A stretch of 33,309 nt of DNA from Isurus oxyrinchus (lineage: Eukaryota): positions 1 through 33,309 of the forward strand of contig JANJGN010003869.1 in NCBI GenBank assembly GCA_026770705.1, written 5' to 3'. The position numbers were made by a program, and so were the translations under genes. Below are positions 1 to 12,000 of the stretch, piece after piece; positions within the stretch are counted from its first letter, which is position 1; each line of letters starts with the position of its first letter. A model generated the notes under the pieces. It was not told the origin of the DNA and did no database searches. It saw only the letters and a program-made list of their open reading frames with translations.

Positions 1-39
1 TCCCCTCTCCCTCCCTTACTCCCTCCCTCCCTCCCTCAC

Positions 40-183
40 NNNNNNNNNNNNNNNNNNNNNNNNNNNNNNNNNNNNNNNNNNNNNNNNNNNNNNNNNNNNN
101 NNNNNNNNNNNNNNNNNNNNNNNNNNNNNNNNNNNNNNNNNNNNNNNNNNNNNNNNNNNNNNNNNNNNNNNNNNNNNNNNNNN
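40..183. other. Assembly gap (144 N) within a CT-rich low-complexity tract
   Basis: Run of N flanked by (CCCT)n/(CT)n sequence. Confidence 0.99.
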
Positions 184-312
184 CTTCCACTCTCCCTCTT
201 TCGCTCTCATCTCTCTCTGTCTCTCCCTCAGAGAGCTGAAGGCGGGTTAACCGAGAGACACTTGCCCCAGGGCAAGAGGACACACAGCCTGGGCAAAAGA
301 AGCACCCTCCAC

Positions 313-1650
313 TCCGACAGTGCGGCACTCCCTCAGCGCTGACCCTCCGACAGTGCGGCACTCCCTCAGTACTGACCCTCCGACAGTGATGCACTCCCTC
401 AGTAATGACCCTCCGACAGTGCGGCTCTCCCTCAGCACTGACCCTCCAACAATGCGGCTCTCCCCTCAGTACTGACCCTCCGACAGTGCGGCTCTCCCTC
501 AGTAGTGACCCTCTGACAGTGCGGCACTCCCTCAGCACTGACCATCCGACAGTGCGGCTCTCCCTCAGTACTGACCCTCCGACAGTGCGGCTCTCCCTCA
601 GCACTGACCCTACCACAGTGAATGCACTCCCTCAGTGCTGACCATCCGACAGTGATGCACTCCCTCAGTGCTGACCCTCCGACAGTGCGGCTCTCCCTCA
701 GTACTGACCCTCCGACAGTGTGGCTCTCCCTCAGTACTGACCCTCCGACAGTGCGGCTCTCCCTCAGCACTGACCCTCCGACCAGTGATGCACTCCCTCA
801 GTACTGACCCCACTGACAGTGCAGTGCTCCCTCAGCACTGACCCTCCGACAGTGTGGCTCTCCCTCAGTACTGACCCTCCGACAGTGCGGCACTCCCTCA
901 GTACTGACCCTCTGACAGTGCGGCTCTCCCTCAGCACTGACCCTTCGACAGTGCGGCGCTCCCTCAGTACTGACCCTCCGACAGTGCGGCTCTCCCTCAG
1001 CACTGACCCTCCGACAGTGAGGCTCTCCCTCAGCACTGACCCTCCGACAGTGAGGCTCTCCCTCAGCACTGACCCTCCGACATTGCGGCGCTCCCTCGGC
1101 ACTGACCCTCCGACAGTGCGGCACTCTCTCAGTACTGACCCTCCGACAGTGCAGCACTCCCTCAGTACTGACCCTCCGACAGTGTGGCACTCCCTCAGTA
1201 CTGACCCTCCGACAGTGCGGCGCTCCCTCAGTACTGACCCTCTGACAGTGCGGCTCTCCCTCAGTACTGACCCTCCGACAGTGCGGCTCTCCCTCAGTAC
1301 TGACCCTCCGACAGAGCGGCACTCCCTCAGTACTGACTCTCCAACAGTGCGGCTCTCCCTCAGTACTGACCCTCTGACAGTGCGGCACTCCCTCAGTACT
1401 GACCCTCCGACAGTGCAGCTCTCCCTCAGCACTGACCCTCCGACAGTGCGGCACTCCCTCGGTACTGACCCTCCGACAGTGCAGTTCTCCCTCAGCACTG
1501 ACCCTCCGACATTGCGGCGCTCCCTCAGCACTGACCCTCCAACAGTGCGGCGCTCCCTCAGTGCTGACCCTCCGACAGTGCGGCTCTCCCTCAGCACTGA
1601 CCCTCTGACAGTGTGGCACTCCCTCAGCGCTGATACTCTGACAGTGCCAC
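313..1650 (+). repeat. 33-bp minisatellite array (~40 units)
   Basis: Unit CTCCCTCAGTACTGACCCTCCGACAGTGCGGC(A/T); 11-aa periodic ORFs (SLSTDPPTVRL). Confidence 0.95.
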
Positions 1651-2634
1651 AGTCCCTTGGTGCTGACACTCCACTCCACCGAGGGCTGACCTCCTCGAAA
1701 TGTCTACCACTCTGTGGAGATTTGAGTGGCGCAGTTCTTCTGTCCACTCAATACCCACCCACCCCACAACCTCCCCCGCCCCGCCCCCGACAAGCCCCAG
1801 ACCCTCACCCATCCCCAGGCTGAAGGGACCGAAACGATCGGGCTGTGGGTACGTGGGCTTGTCACAGTCTTGGGATAGAGGGGTACACCCATGTAGTACG
1901 GAGGTGAGTAGGAATAACCTCCCTCGAGTGTTGAGAGGGTGACATTCGAGCATGTTCGAGGTTATAATTGACAGATTTATGAGCAGTTCACGATCCTGAG
2001 CTTGCGGGGGCGAGGGGGATGCCGGCTGTTTAAAGCAGGGCATCCGCCTTGGCGAGGGATGGGTGGGAGGAGTGTCAAGGTGGGTGGAGGACTAGCGCAG
2101 AGGCTTTGGGCTAGTGATGTGTTTGTGGCACTGGACAGGCATTGGTGCTATGGAGGCGACGGTAGGCACCAGGCCGGTGCTGGGGGATGGAGAGTTGGTG
2201 AGGAGTCGCTCACTGGCGCGGGGGAAGGGTGAGGGGTGCTCGAGGGGTCGACACCTGGCCATCACCCTCACCTCCACACCTCCACTTCTCTCCCCTGACA
2301 GAGGCTGGACCTGGTTCAGCACTGAGGAGACCACAGCATTAAGCAGAATCACCGGGGCCAGAGCAGCGGCCGTGAGGTGGCAGGGGAGGGTCTGAAGTCG
2401 GTCGGAGAACCAGAGAAGGAGCAGACAGGGGAACGAGGCAGGCCGGGTAGAGAGATAGGGGGACCGAGGAGAGTAAAACCCAGCTCGAGGTGGTCAGCGC
2501 CCCACATGTCCCTCCGACTCCCTGGACCAGCAAAATCTCACCACAGAAAAATAATCCCAGCAAATCCCACTCGTGCCGGGCCTCCTCGTTTCTCACATCG
2601 CACAGGACTGAGACCCCCAGACCGCAGACTAAAT

Positions 2635-5600
2635 CCCCGCGATTAGATTCCAGTCTGTAACTCACTCCTGGGTATCTGTTATTCTATATATAAACCCCCC
2701 CGAACCACTCGATTAGATTCCAGTCTGTAATTCATTCCCGGGTATCTGTTATTCTATATATAAACCACCCCGAACCCCTCGATTAGATTCCAGTCTGTAA
2801 CTCACTCCCGGGTGTCAGTTATTCTATATATAAACCACCCCGAACCCCTCGATTAGATTCCAGTCTGTAACTCACTCCCGGGTATCTGTTATTGTATATA
2901 TAAACCACCCCGAACCCCTCGATTAGATTCCAGTCTGTAACTCACTCCCGGGTATCTGTTATTCTATATATAAACCACCCCGAACGCCTCGATTAGATTC
3001 CAGTCTGTAACTCACTCCCAGGTATCTGTTATTCCATACATAAACCACCCCGAACCCCTCGATTAGATACCAGTCTGTAACTCACTCCCGGGTATCTGTT
3101 ATTCTATATATAAACCACCCCGAACCCCTCGATTAGATTCCAGTCTGTAACTCACTCCCGGGTATCTGTTATTCTATATATAAACCACGCCGAACCCCCT
3201 CGATTAGATTCCAGTCTGTAACTCACTCCCGGGTATCTGTTATTCAATATATAAACCACCTGAACCCCTCAATTAGATTCCAGTCTGTAACTCACTCCCG
3301 GGGTATCTGTTATTCTATATATAAACCACCCCGAAACCCTCGTTTAGATTCCAGTCTGTAACTCACTCCCGGGTATCTGTTATTCTATATATAAACCCCC
3401 CCGAACCCCTCGATTAGATTCCAGTCTTTAACTCACTCCCGGGTATCTGTTATTCTATATATAAACCACCCCGAACCCCTCGATTAGATTCCAGTCTGTA
3501 ACTCACTCCCGGGAATCTGTTATTCTATATATAAACCACACCGAACCCCTCGATTAGATTCCAGTCTGTAACTCACTCCCGGGTTTCTGTTATTCTATAT
3601 ATAAACCACCCCGAACCCCTCGATTAGATTCCAGTCTGTAACTCACTCCCGGGAATCTGTTATTCTATATATAAACCACCCCGAACCACTCGATTAGATT
3701 GCAGTCTGTAACTCACTCCCGGGTATCTGTTATTCTATATATAAACCACCCCGAACCACTCGATTAGATTGCAGTCTGTAACTCACTCCCAGGTATCTGT
3801 TATTCTATATATAAACCAGCCCGAAACCCTTGATTAGATTCCAGTCTGTAACTCACTCCCGGGTATCTGTTATTCTATATATAAACCACCCCGACCCCCT
3901 CGATTAGATTCCAGTCTGTAACTCATTCCCGGGTATTTGTTATTCTATATATAAACCACCCCGAACCCCTTGATTAAATTCCAGTCTGTAACTCACTCCC
4001 GGGTATCTGTTATTCTATATATAAACCAGCCCGAACCCCTCGATTAGATTCCAGTCTGTAACTCACTCCCGGGTATCTGTCATTCTATATATAAACCACT
4101 CGAACCCCTCGATTAGATTCCAGTCTGTAACTCATTCCCGGGTATCTGTTATTCTATATATAAACCACCCCGAAACCCTCGATTAGATTCCAGTCTGTAA
4201 CTCACTCCCGGGTATCTGTTATACTATATATAAACCACCCCGAACCCCTCGATTAGATTCCAGTCTGTAACTCACTCCCGGGTATCTGTTATTCTATATA
4301 TAAACCACCCCGAACCCCTCGATTAGATTCCAGTCTGTAACTCACTCCCGGGTATCTGTTATTCTATATATAAACCACCCCGAAACCCTCGATTAGATTC
4401 CAGTCTGTAACTCACTCCCGGGTATCTGTTATTCTATATATAAACCACCCCGACCCCCTCGATTAGTTTCCAGTCTGTAACTCACTCCCGGGTATCTGTT
4501 ATTCTATATATAAACCACCCCGAACCCCTGGATTCGATTCCAGTCTGTAACTCACTCCTGGGTATCTGTTATTCTATATATAAACCACCCCGAACCCCTG
4601 GATTCGATTCCAGTCTGTAACTCACTCCCGGGTATCTGTTATTCTATATATAAACCACCCCGACCCCCTCGATTAGTTTCCAGTCTGTAACTCACTCCCG
4701 GGTATCTGTTATTCTATATATAAACCACCCCGAACCCCTGGATTAGATTCCAGTCTGTAACTCACTCCCGGGTATCTGTTATTCTATATATAAACCACCC
4801 CGACCCCCTCGATTAGTTTCCAGTCTGTAACTCACTCCCGGGTATCTGTTATTCTATATATAAACCACCCCGAACCCCTGGATTAGATTCCAGTCTGTAA
4901 CTCACTCCCGGGTATCTGTTATTCTATATATAAACCACCCCGAACCCCTGGATTCGATTCCAGTCTGTAACTCACTCCTGGGTATCTGTTATTCTATATA
5001 TAAACCACCCCGAACCCCTGGATTCGATTCCAGTCTGTAACTCACTCCCGGGTATCTGTTATTCTATATATAAACCACCCCGACCCCCTCGATTAGTTTC
5101 CAGTCTGTAACTCACTCCCGGGTATCTGTTATTCTATATATAAACCACCCCGAACCCCTGGATTAGATTCCAGTCTGTAACTCACTCCCGGGTATCTGTT
5201 ATTCTATATATAAACCACCCCGACCCCCTCGATTAGTTTCCAGTCTGTAACTCACTCCCGGGTATCTGTTATTCTATATATAAACCACCCCGAACCCCTG
5301 GATTAGATTCCAGTCTGTAACTCACTCCCGGGTATCTGTTATTCTATATATAAACCACCCCGAACCCCTGGATTCGATTCCAGTCTGTAACTCACTCCTG
5401 GGTATCTGTTATTCTATATATAAACCACCCCGAACCCCTCGATTAGATTCCAGTCTGTAACTCACTCCCGGGAATCTGTTATTCTATATATAAACCACCC
5501 CGAACCACTCGATTAGATTGCAGTCTGTAACTCACTCCCGGGTATCTGTTATTCTATATATAAACCACCCCGAACCACTCGATTAGATTGCAGTCTGTAA

Positions 5601-8401
5601 CTCACTCCCGGGTATCTGTTATTCTATATATAAACCAGCCCGAAACCCTTGATTAGATTCCAGTCTGTAACAAACTCCCGGGTATCTGTTATTCTATATA
5701 TAAACCACCCCGACCCCCTCGATTAGATTCCAGTCTGTAACTCACTCCCGGGTATTTGTTATTCTATATATAAACCACCCCGAACCCCTTGATTAAATTC
5801 CAGTCTGTAACTCACTCCCGGGTATCTGTTATTCTATATATAAACCACCCCGAACCCCTCGATTAGATTCCAGTCTGTAACTCACTCCCGGGTATCTGTT
5901 ATTCTATATATAAACCACTCGAACCCCTCGATTAGATTCCAGTCTGTAACTCACTCCCGGGTATCTGTTATTCTATATATAAACCACCCCGAAACCCTCG
6001 ATTAGATTCCAGTCTGTAACTCACTCCCGGGTATCTGTTATACTATATATAAACCACCCTGAACCCCTCGATTAGATTCCAGTCTGTAACTCACTCCCGG
6101 GTATCTGTTATTCTATATATAAACCACCCCGAACCCCTCGATTAGATTCCAGTCTGTAACTCACTCCCGGGTATCTGTTATTCTATATATAAACCACCCC
6201 GAAACCCTCGATTAGATTCCAGTCTGTAACTCACTCCCGGGTATCTGTTATTCTATATATAAACCACCCCGACCCCCTCGATTAGTTTCCAGTCTGTAAC
6301 TCACTCCCGGGTATCTGTTATTCTATATATAAACCACCCCGAACCCCTGGATTCGATTCCAGTCTGTAACTCACTCCTGGGTATCTGTTATTCTATATAT
6401 AAACCACCCCGAACCCCTGGATTCGATTCCAGTCTGTAACTCACTCCCGGGTATCTGTTATTCTATATATAAACCACCCCGACCCCCTCGATTAGTTTCC
6501 AGTCTGTAACTCACTCCCGGGTATCTGTTATTCTATATATAAACCACCCCGAACCCCTGGATTAGATTCCAGTCTGTAACTCACTCCCGGGTATCTGTTA
6601 TTCTATATATAAACCACCCCGACCCCCTCGATTAGTTTCCAGTCTGTAACTCACTCCCGGGTATCTGTTATTCTATATATAAACCACCCCGAACCCCTGG
6701 ATTAGATTCCAGTCTGTAACTCACTCCCGGGTATCTGTTATTCTATATATAAACCACCCCGAACCCCTGGATTCGATTCCAGTCTGTAACTCACTCCTGG
6801 GTATCTGTTATTCTATATATAAACCACCCCGAACCCCTGGATTCGATTCCAGTCTGTAACTCACTCCCGGGTATCTGTTATTCTATATATAAACCACCCC
6901 GACCCCCTCGATTAGTTTCCAGTCTGTAACTCACTCCCGGGTATCTGTTATTCTATATATAAACCACCCCGAACCCCTGGATTAGATTCCAGTCTGTAAC
7001 TCACTCCCGGGTATCTGTTATTCTATATATAAACCACCCCGACCCCCTCGATTAGTTTCCAGTCTGTAACTTACTCCCGGGTATCTGTTATTCTATATAT
7101 AAACCACCCCGAACCCCTGGATTAGATTCCAGTCTGTAACTCACTCCCGGGTATCTGTTATTCTATATATAAACCACCCCGAACCCCTGGATTCGATTCC
7201 AGTCTGTAACTCACTCCTGGGTATCTGTTATTCTATATATAAACCACCCCGAACCCCTCGATTAGATTCCAGTCTGTAACTCACTCCCGGGAATCTGTTA
7301 TTCTATATATAAACCACCCCGAACCACTCGATTAGATTGCAGTCTGTAACTCACTCCCGGGTATCTGTTATTCTATATATAAACCACCCCGAACCACTCG
7401 ATTAGATTGCAGTCTGTAACTCACTCCCGGGTATCTGTTATTCTATATATAAACCAGCCCGAAACCCTTGATTAGATTCCAGTCTGTAACTCACTCCCGG
7501 GTATCTGTTATTCTATATATAAACCACCCCGACCCCCTCGATTAGATTCCAGTCTGTAACTCACTCCCGGGTATTTGTTATTCTATATATAAACCACCCC
7601 GAACCCCTTGATTAAATTCCAGTCTGTAACTCACTCCCGGGTATCTGTTATTCTATATATAAACCACCCCGAACCCCTCGATTAGATTCCAGTCTGTAAC
7701 TCACTCCCGGGTATCTGTTATTCTATATATAAACCACTCGAACCCCTCGATTAGATTCCAGTCTGTAACTCACTCCCGGGTATCTGTTATTCTATATATA
7801 AACCACCCCGAAACCCTCGATTAGATTCCAGTCTGTAACTCACTCCCGGGTATCTGTTATACTATATATAAACCACCCTGAACCCCTCGATTAGATTCCA
7901 GTCTGTAACTCACTCCCGGGTATCTGTTATTCTATATATAAACCACCCCGAACCCCTCGATTAGATTCCAGTCTGTAACTCACTCCCGGGTATCTGTTAT
8001 TCTATATATAAACCACCCCGAAACCCTCGATTAGATTCCAGTCTGTAACTCACTCCCGGGTATCTGTTATTCTATATATAAACCACCCCGACCCCCTCGA
8101 TTAGTTTCCAGTCTGTAACTCACTCCCGGGTATCTGTTATTCTATATATAAACCACCCCGAACCCCTGGATTCGATTCCAGTCTGTAACTCACTCCTGGG
8201 TATCTGTTATTCTATATATAAACCACCCCGAACCCCTGGATTAGATTCCAGTCTGTAACTCACTCCCGGGTATCTGTTATTCTATATATAAACCACCCCG
8301 ACCCCCTCGATTAGTTTCCAGTCTGTAACTCACTCCCGGGTATCTGTTATTCTATATATAAACCACCCCGAACCCCTGGATTCGATTCCAGTCTGTAACT
8401 C
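2635..8401. repeat. 70-bp satellite (~82 units) with higher-order structure
   Basis: Unit GATTAGATTCCAGTCTGTAACTCACTCCCGGGTATCTGTTATTCTATATATAAACCACCCCGAACCCCTC. Confidence 0.97.
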
Positions 8402-8469
8402 GGTCCTGTTCCCCCGAGACGTATATACTCCTTGAATTGAATGGAGCGCACAATTTGGTTTGAAGTTAC

Positions 8470-8475
8470 TTTATT
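8470..8475 (-). terminator. AATAAA polyadenylation signal of aicda
   Basis: TTTATT on the plus strand, ~340 nt downstream of the stop codon and just before the 70-bp satellite begins. Confidence 0.7.
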
Positions 8476-8532
8476 CGACCAGGAGAGCAGCTGCTGATGT
8501 CCTGTACTGTGGTTTTTGTGTCTGTGTGTCCA

Positions 8533-8540
8533 TTAATGCT
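8533..8540 (-). promoter_or_regulatory. miR-155 8mer target site (AGCATTAA) in the aicda 3'UTR
   Basis: Plus strand TTAATGCT equals miR-155-5p nt 1-8. It lies between the stop codon and the poly(A) signal, and AID 3'UTRs are an established miR-155 target. Confidence 0.8.
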
Positions 8541-8815
8541 TTTCTCAGTACCGGACTCAGACGCAGCTGCTCCACACACCGGCGTGTTGAAGCGGCTGAC
8601 GGTCCCAGGCTTTAATTCGCGCCTCGTCCGAGTGGGCCTCTTCCTTTTTTGGCCAACGCGTGGGCCTGTCCTTCCTGCACTCCGTGGGAGGAGCTGGAGG
8701 GAGGGTGTTGCTTGTTGGGCCTTAAGGTCAGTTGTTCGGAGCTTGCCGATAGGAAGCAGCCCATCCTCGAGGGTGGTGGGGGGAGGGTGAGGGCGGGTGG
8801 GGGGTGGTGATGGGG

Positions 8816-8869
8816 TCAGAGACCGAGCATCCTAAAGGCTTCACTGAAATCATCAAATTCCTCCAGCGG
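8816..8869 (-). CDS. aicda: AID coding exon 4 (C-terminal nuclear export signal; equals mammalian exon 5)
   Basis: Pyrimidine tract followed by CTACAG|CCG; 54 nt. Encodes PLEEFDDFSEAFRMLGL-TGA, versus human PLYEVDDLRDAFRTLGL. Confidence 0.95.
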   Translation of the reverse strand, partial: PLEEFDDFSEAFRMLGL

Positions 8870-9011
8870 CTGTAGTGGGGGGTGTTGGGGGAGAGGGAGT
8901 GTAGAGAAAGAGACAAGTACGCAGGTCAAGCTGTGGGTCTTCCATAGGTTTCTGCAGCCGAAGTAGTTCAAATATGTTTGAGAGGGGTTCAAGGTGGGGT
9001 GGTTCGGGGGA

Positions 9012-12000
9012 TGGAGGGATGGTCTTCAATGGGAGGGTGAGGGGATTAGAGGGATGGTCTTCGATGGGAGAGTGAGGGGATTAGAGGGAGGGTCTTCGAT
9101 GGGAGAGTGAGGGGATTAGAGGGGAGGGTCTTCGATGGGAGAGTGAGGGGATTAGAGGGATGGTCTTCGATGGGAGAGTGAGGGGATTAGAGGGGATGGT
9201 CTTCGATGGGAGAGTGAGGGGGTTAGAGGGAGGGTCTTCGATGGGAGAGTGAGGGGATTAGAGGGATGGTCTTCGATGGGAGAGTGAGGGGATTAGAGGG
9301 ATGGTCTTCGATGGGAGAGTGAGGGGATTAGAGGGAGGGTCTTCGATGGGAGAGTGAGGGGAGTAGAGGGATGATCTTCGATGGGAGAGTGAGGGGATTA
9401 GAGGGGATGGTCTTCAATGGGAGAGTGAGGGGATTAGAGCGATGGTCTTCGATGGGAGAGTGAGGGAGTTAGAGGGGATGGTCTTCGATGGGAGAGTGAG
9501 GGGATTAGAGGGGATGGTCTTCGATGGGAGAGTGAGGGGAGTAGAGGGATGATCTTCGATGGGAGAGTGAGGGGATTAGAGGGGATGGTCTTCAATGGGA
9601 GAGTGAGGGGATTAGAGGGGATGGTCTTCGATGGGAGAGTGAGGGGATTAGAGGGAGTGTCTTCGATGGGAGAGTGAGGGATTAGAGGGAGGGTCTTCGA
9701 TGGGAGAGTGAGGGGATTAGAGGGATGGTCTTCGATGGGAGAGTGAGGGGATTAGAGGGATGGTCTTCAATGGGAGAGTGAGGGGATTAGAGGGGATGGT
9801 CTTCGATGGGAGAGTGAGGGGAGTAGAGGGAGGGTCTTCGATGGGAGAGTGAGGGGATTAGAGGGATAGTCTTCGATGGGAGAGTGAGAGGATTAGAGGG
9901 ATAGTCTTTGATGGGAGAGAGAGGGGAGTAGAGGGAGGGTCTTCAATGGGAGAGTGAGGGGATTAGAGGGGAGGGTCTTCGATGGGAGACTGAGGGGAGT
10001 AGAGGGAGGGTCTTCGATGGGAGGGTGAGGGGATTAGAGGGAATGGTCTTCGATGGGAGAGTGAGGGGATTAGAGGGAGGGTCTTCGATGGGAGAGTGAG
10101 GGGATTAGAGGGGATGGTTTTCGATGGGAGAGTGAGGGGATTAGAGGGGATGGTCTTCGATGGGAGAGTGAGGGAGTTTGAGGGGATGGTCTTCGATGGG
10201 AGAGTGAGGGGATTAGAGGGGATGGACTTCGATGGGAGAGTGAGGGGATTGGAGGGGATGGTCTTCGATGGGAGAGTGAGGGGAGTAGAGGGAGGGTCTT
10301 CGATGGGAGAGTGAGGGGATTAGAGGGATAGTCTTCGATGGGAGAGTGAGGGGATTAGAGGGATAGTCTTTGATGGGAGAGAGAGGGGAGTAGAGGGAGG
10401 GTCTTCAATGGGAGAGTGAGGGGATTAGAGGGGAGGGTCTTCGATGGGAGAGTGAGGGGAGTAGAGGGAGGGTCTTCGATGGGAGGGTGAGGGGATTAGA
10501 GGGAATGGTCTTCGATGGGAGAGTGAGGGGATTAGAGGGAGGGTCTTCGATGGGAGAGTGAGGGGATTAGCGGGGATGGTTTTCGATGGGAGAGTGAGGG
10601 GATTAGAGGGGATGGTCTTCGATGGGAGAGTGAGGGAGTTTGAGGGGATGGTCTTCGATGGGAGAGTGAGGGGATTAGAGGGGATGGTCTTCGATGGGAG
10701 AGTGAGGGGATTGGAGGGGATGGTCTTCGATGGGAGAGTGAGGGGATTGGAGGATGGTCTTTGATGAGAGGGTCAGGGGTTTTGAGGGAGGGTCTTCGAT
10801 GGGAGAGTGAGGGGAGCAAAGGGATGGTCTTTGATGAGGGAGTTATGGGATTAGAGGGAGGGTCTTCGATGGGAGAGTGAGGGGATTAGAGGGATGGTCT
10901 TCGATGGAAGATTGAGGGAGTTAGAGGGGATGGTCTTCAATGGGAGAGTGAGGGAGTTAGAGGGGATGGTCTTCAATGGGAGAGTGAGGGGATTAGAGGG
11001 GATGGTCTTCGATGGGAGAGTGAGGGAGTTAGAGGGGATGGTCTTCGATTGGAGAGTGAGGGAGTTAGAGGGGATGGTCTTCGATGGGAGAGTGAGGGAG
11101 TTAGAGGGGATGGTCTTCGATTGGAGAGTGAGGGAGTTAGAGGGGATGGTCTTCGATGGGAGAGTGAGGGAGTTAGAGGGGATGGTCTTCGATGGGAGAG
11201 TGAGGGAGTTAGAGGGGATGGTCTTCGATGGGAGAGTGAGGGAGTTAGAGGGGATGGTCTTCGATTGGAGAGTGAGGGAGTTAGAGGGGATGGTCTTCGA
11301 TGGGAGAGTGAGGGGATTAGAGGGAGGGTCTTCGATGGGAGAGTGAGGGAGTTAGAGGGGATGGTCTTCGATGGGAGAGTGAGGGAGTTAGAGGGGATGG
11401 TCTTCGATGGAAGAGTGAGGGAGTTAGAGGGGATGGTCTTCGATTGGAGAGTGAGGGGAGTAGAGGGAGGGTCTTCGATGGGAGAGTGAGGGAGTTAGAG
11501 GGGATGGTCTTCGATGGGAGAGTGATGGGATTAGAGGGAGGTTCTTCGATGGGAGAGTGAGGGGATTAGAGGGAGGGTCTTCGATGGGAGAGTGAGGGAG
11601 TTAGAGGGAGGGTCTTCGATGGGAGAGTGAGGGGATTAGAGGGAGGGTTTTCGATGGGAGAGTGAGGGGATTAGAGGGGATGGTCTTCGAAGGGAGAGTG
11701 AGGGAGTTAGAGGGGATGGTCTTCGATGGGAGAGTGAGGGAGTTAGAGGAGATGGTCTTTGATGGGAGAGTGAGGGAGTTAGAGGGGATGGTCTTCGATT
11801 GGAGAGTGAGGGGATTAGAGGGATGGTCTTCGAAGGGAGAGTGAGGGAGTTAGAGGAGATGGTCTTTGATGGGAGAGTGAGGGGATTAGAGGGTATGATC
11901 TTCGATTGGAGAGTGAGGGAGTTAGAGGGGATGGTCTTCGATGGGAGAGTGAGGGGATTAGAGGGGATGGTCTTCGATGGGAGAGTGAGGGAGTTAGAGG

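Noticed and set aside
405-1823. Periodic ORFs (SLSTDPPTVRL, EGEPHCRRVST), also at 28532-31006
   Set aside because: Translations of a 33-bp minisatellite whose unit length is divisible by three.
2335-2342. Second miR-155 8mer (AGCATTAA) on the plus strand
   Set aside because: Opposite strand to aicda and not within any supported transcript; probably chance.
2635-8401. TATATATAAA TATA-like motif in each 70-bp unit
   Set aside because: Part of the satellite unit; no associated downstream gene or other promoter evidence.
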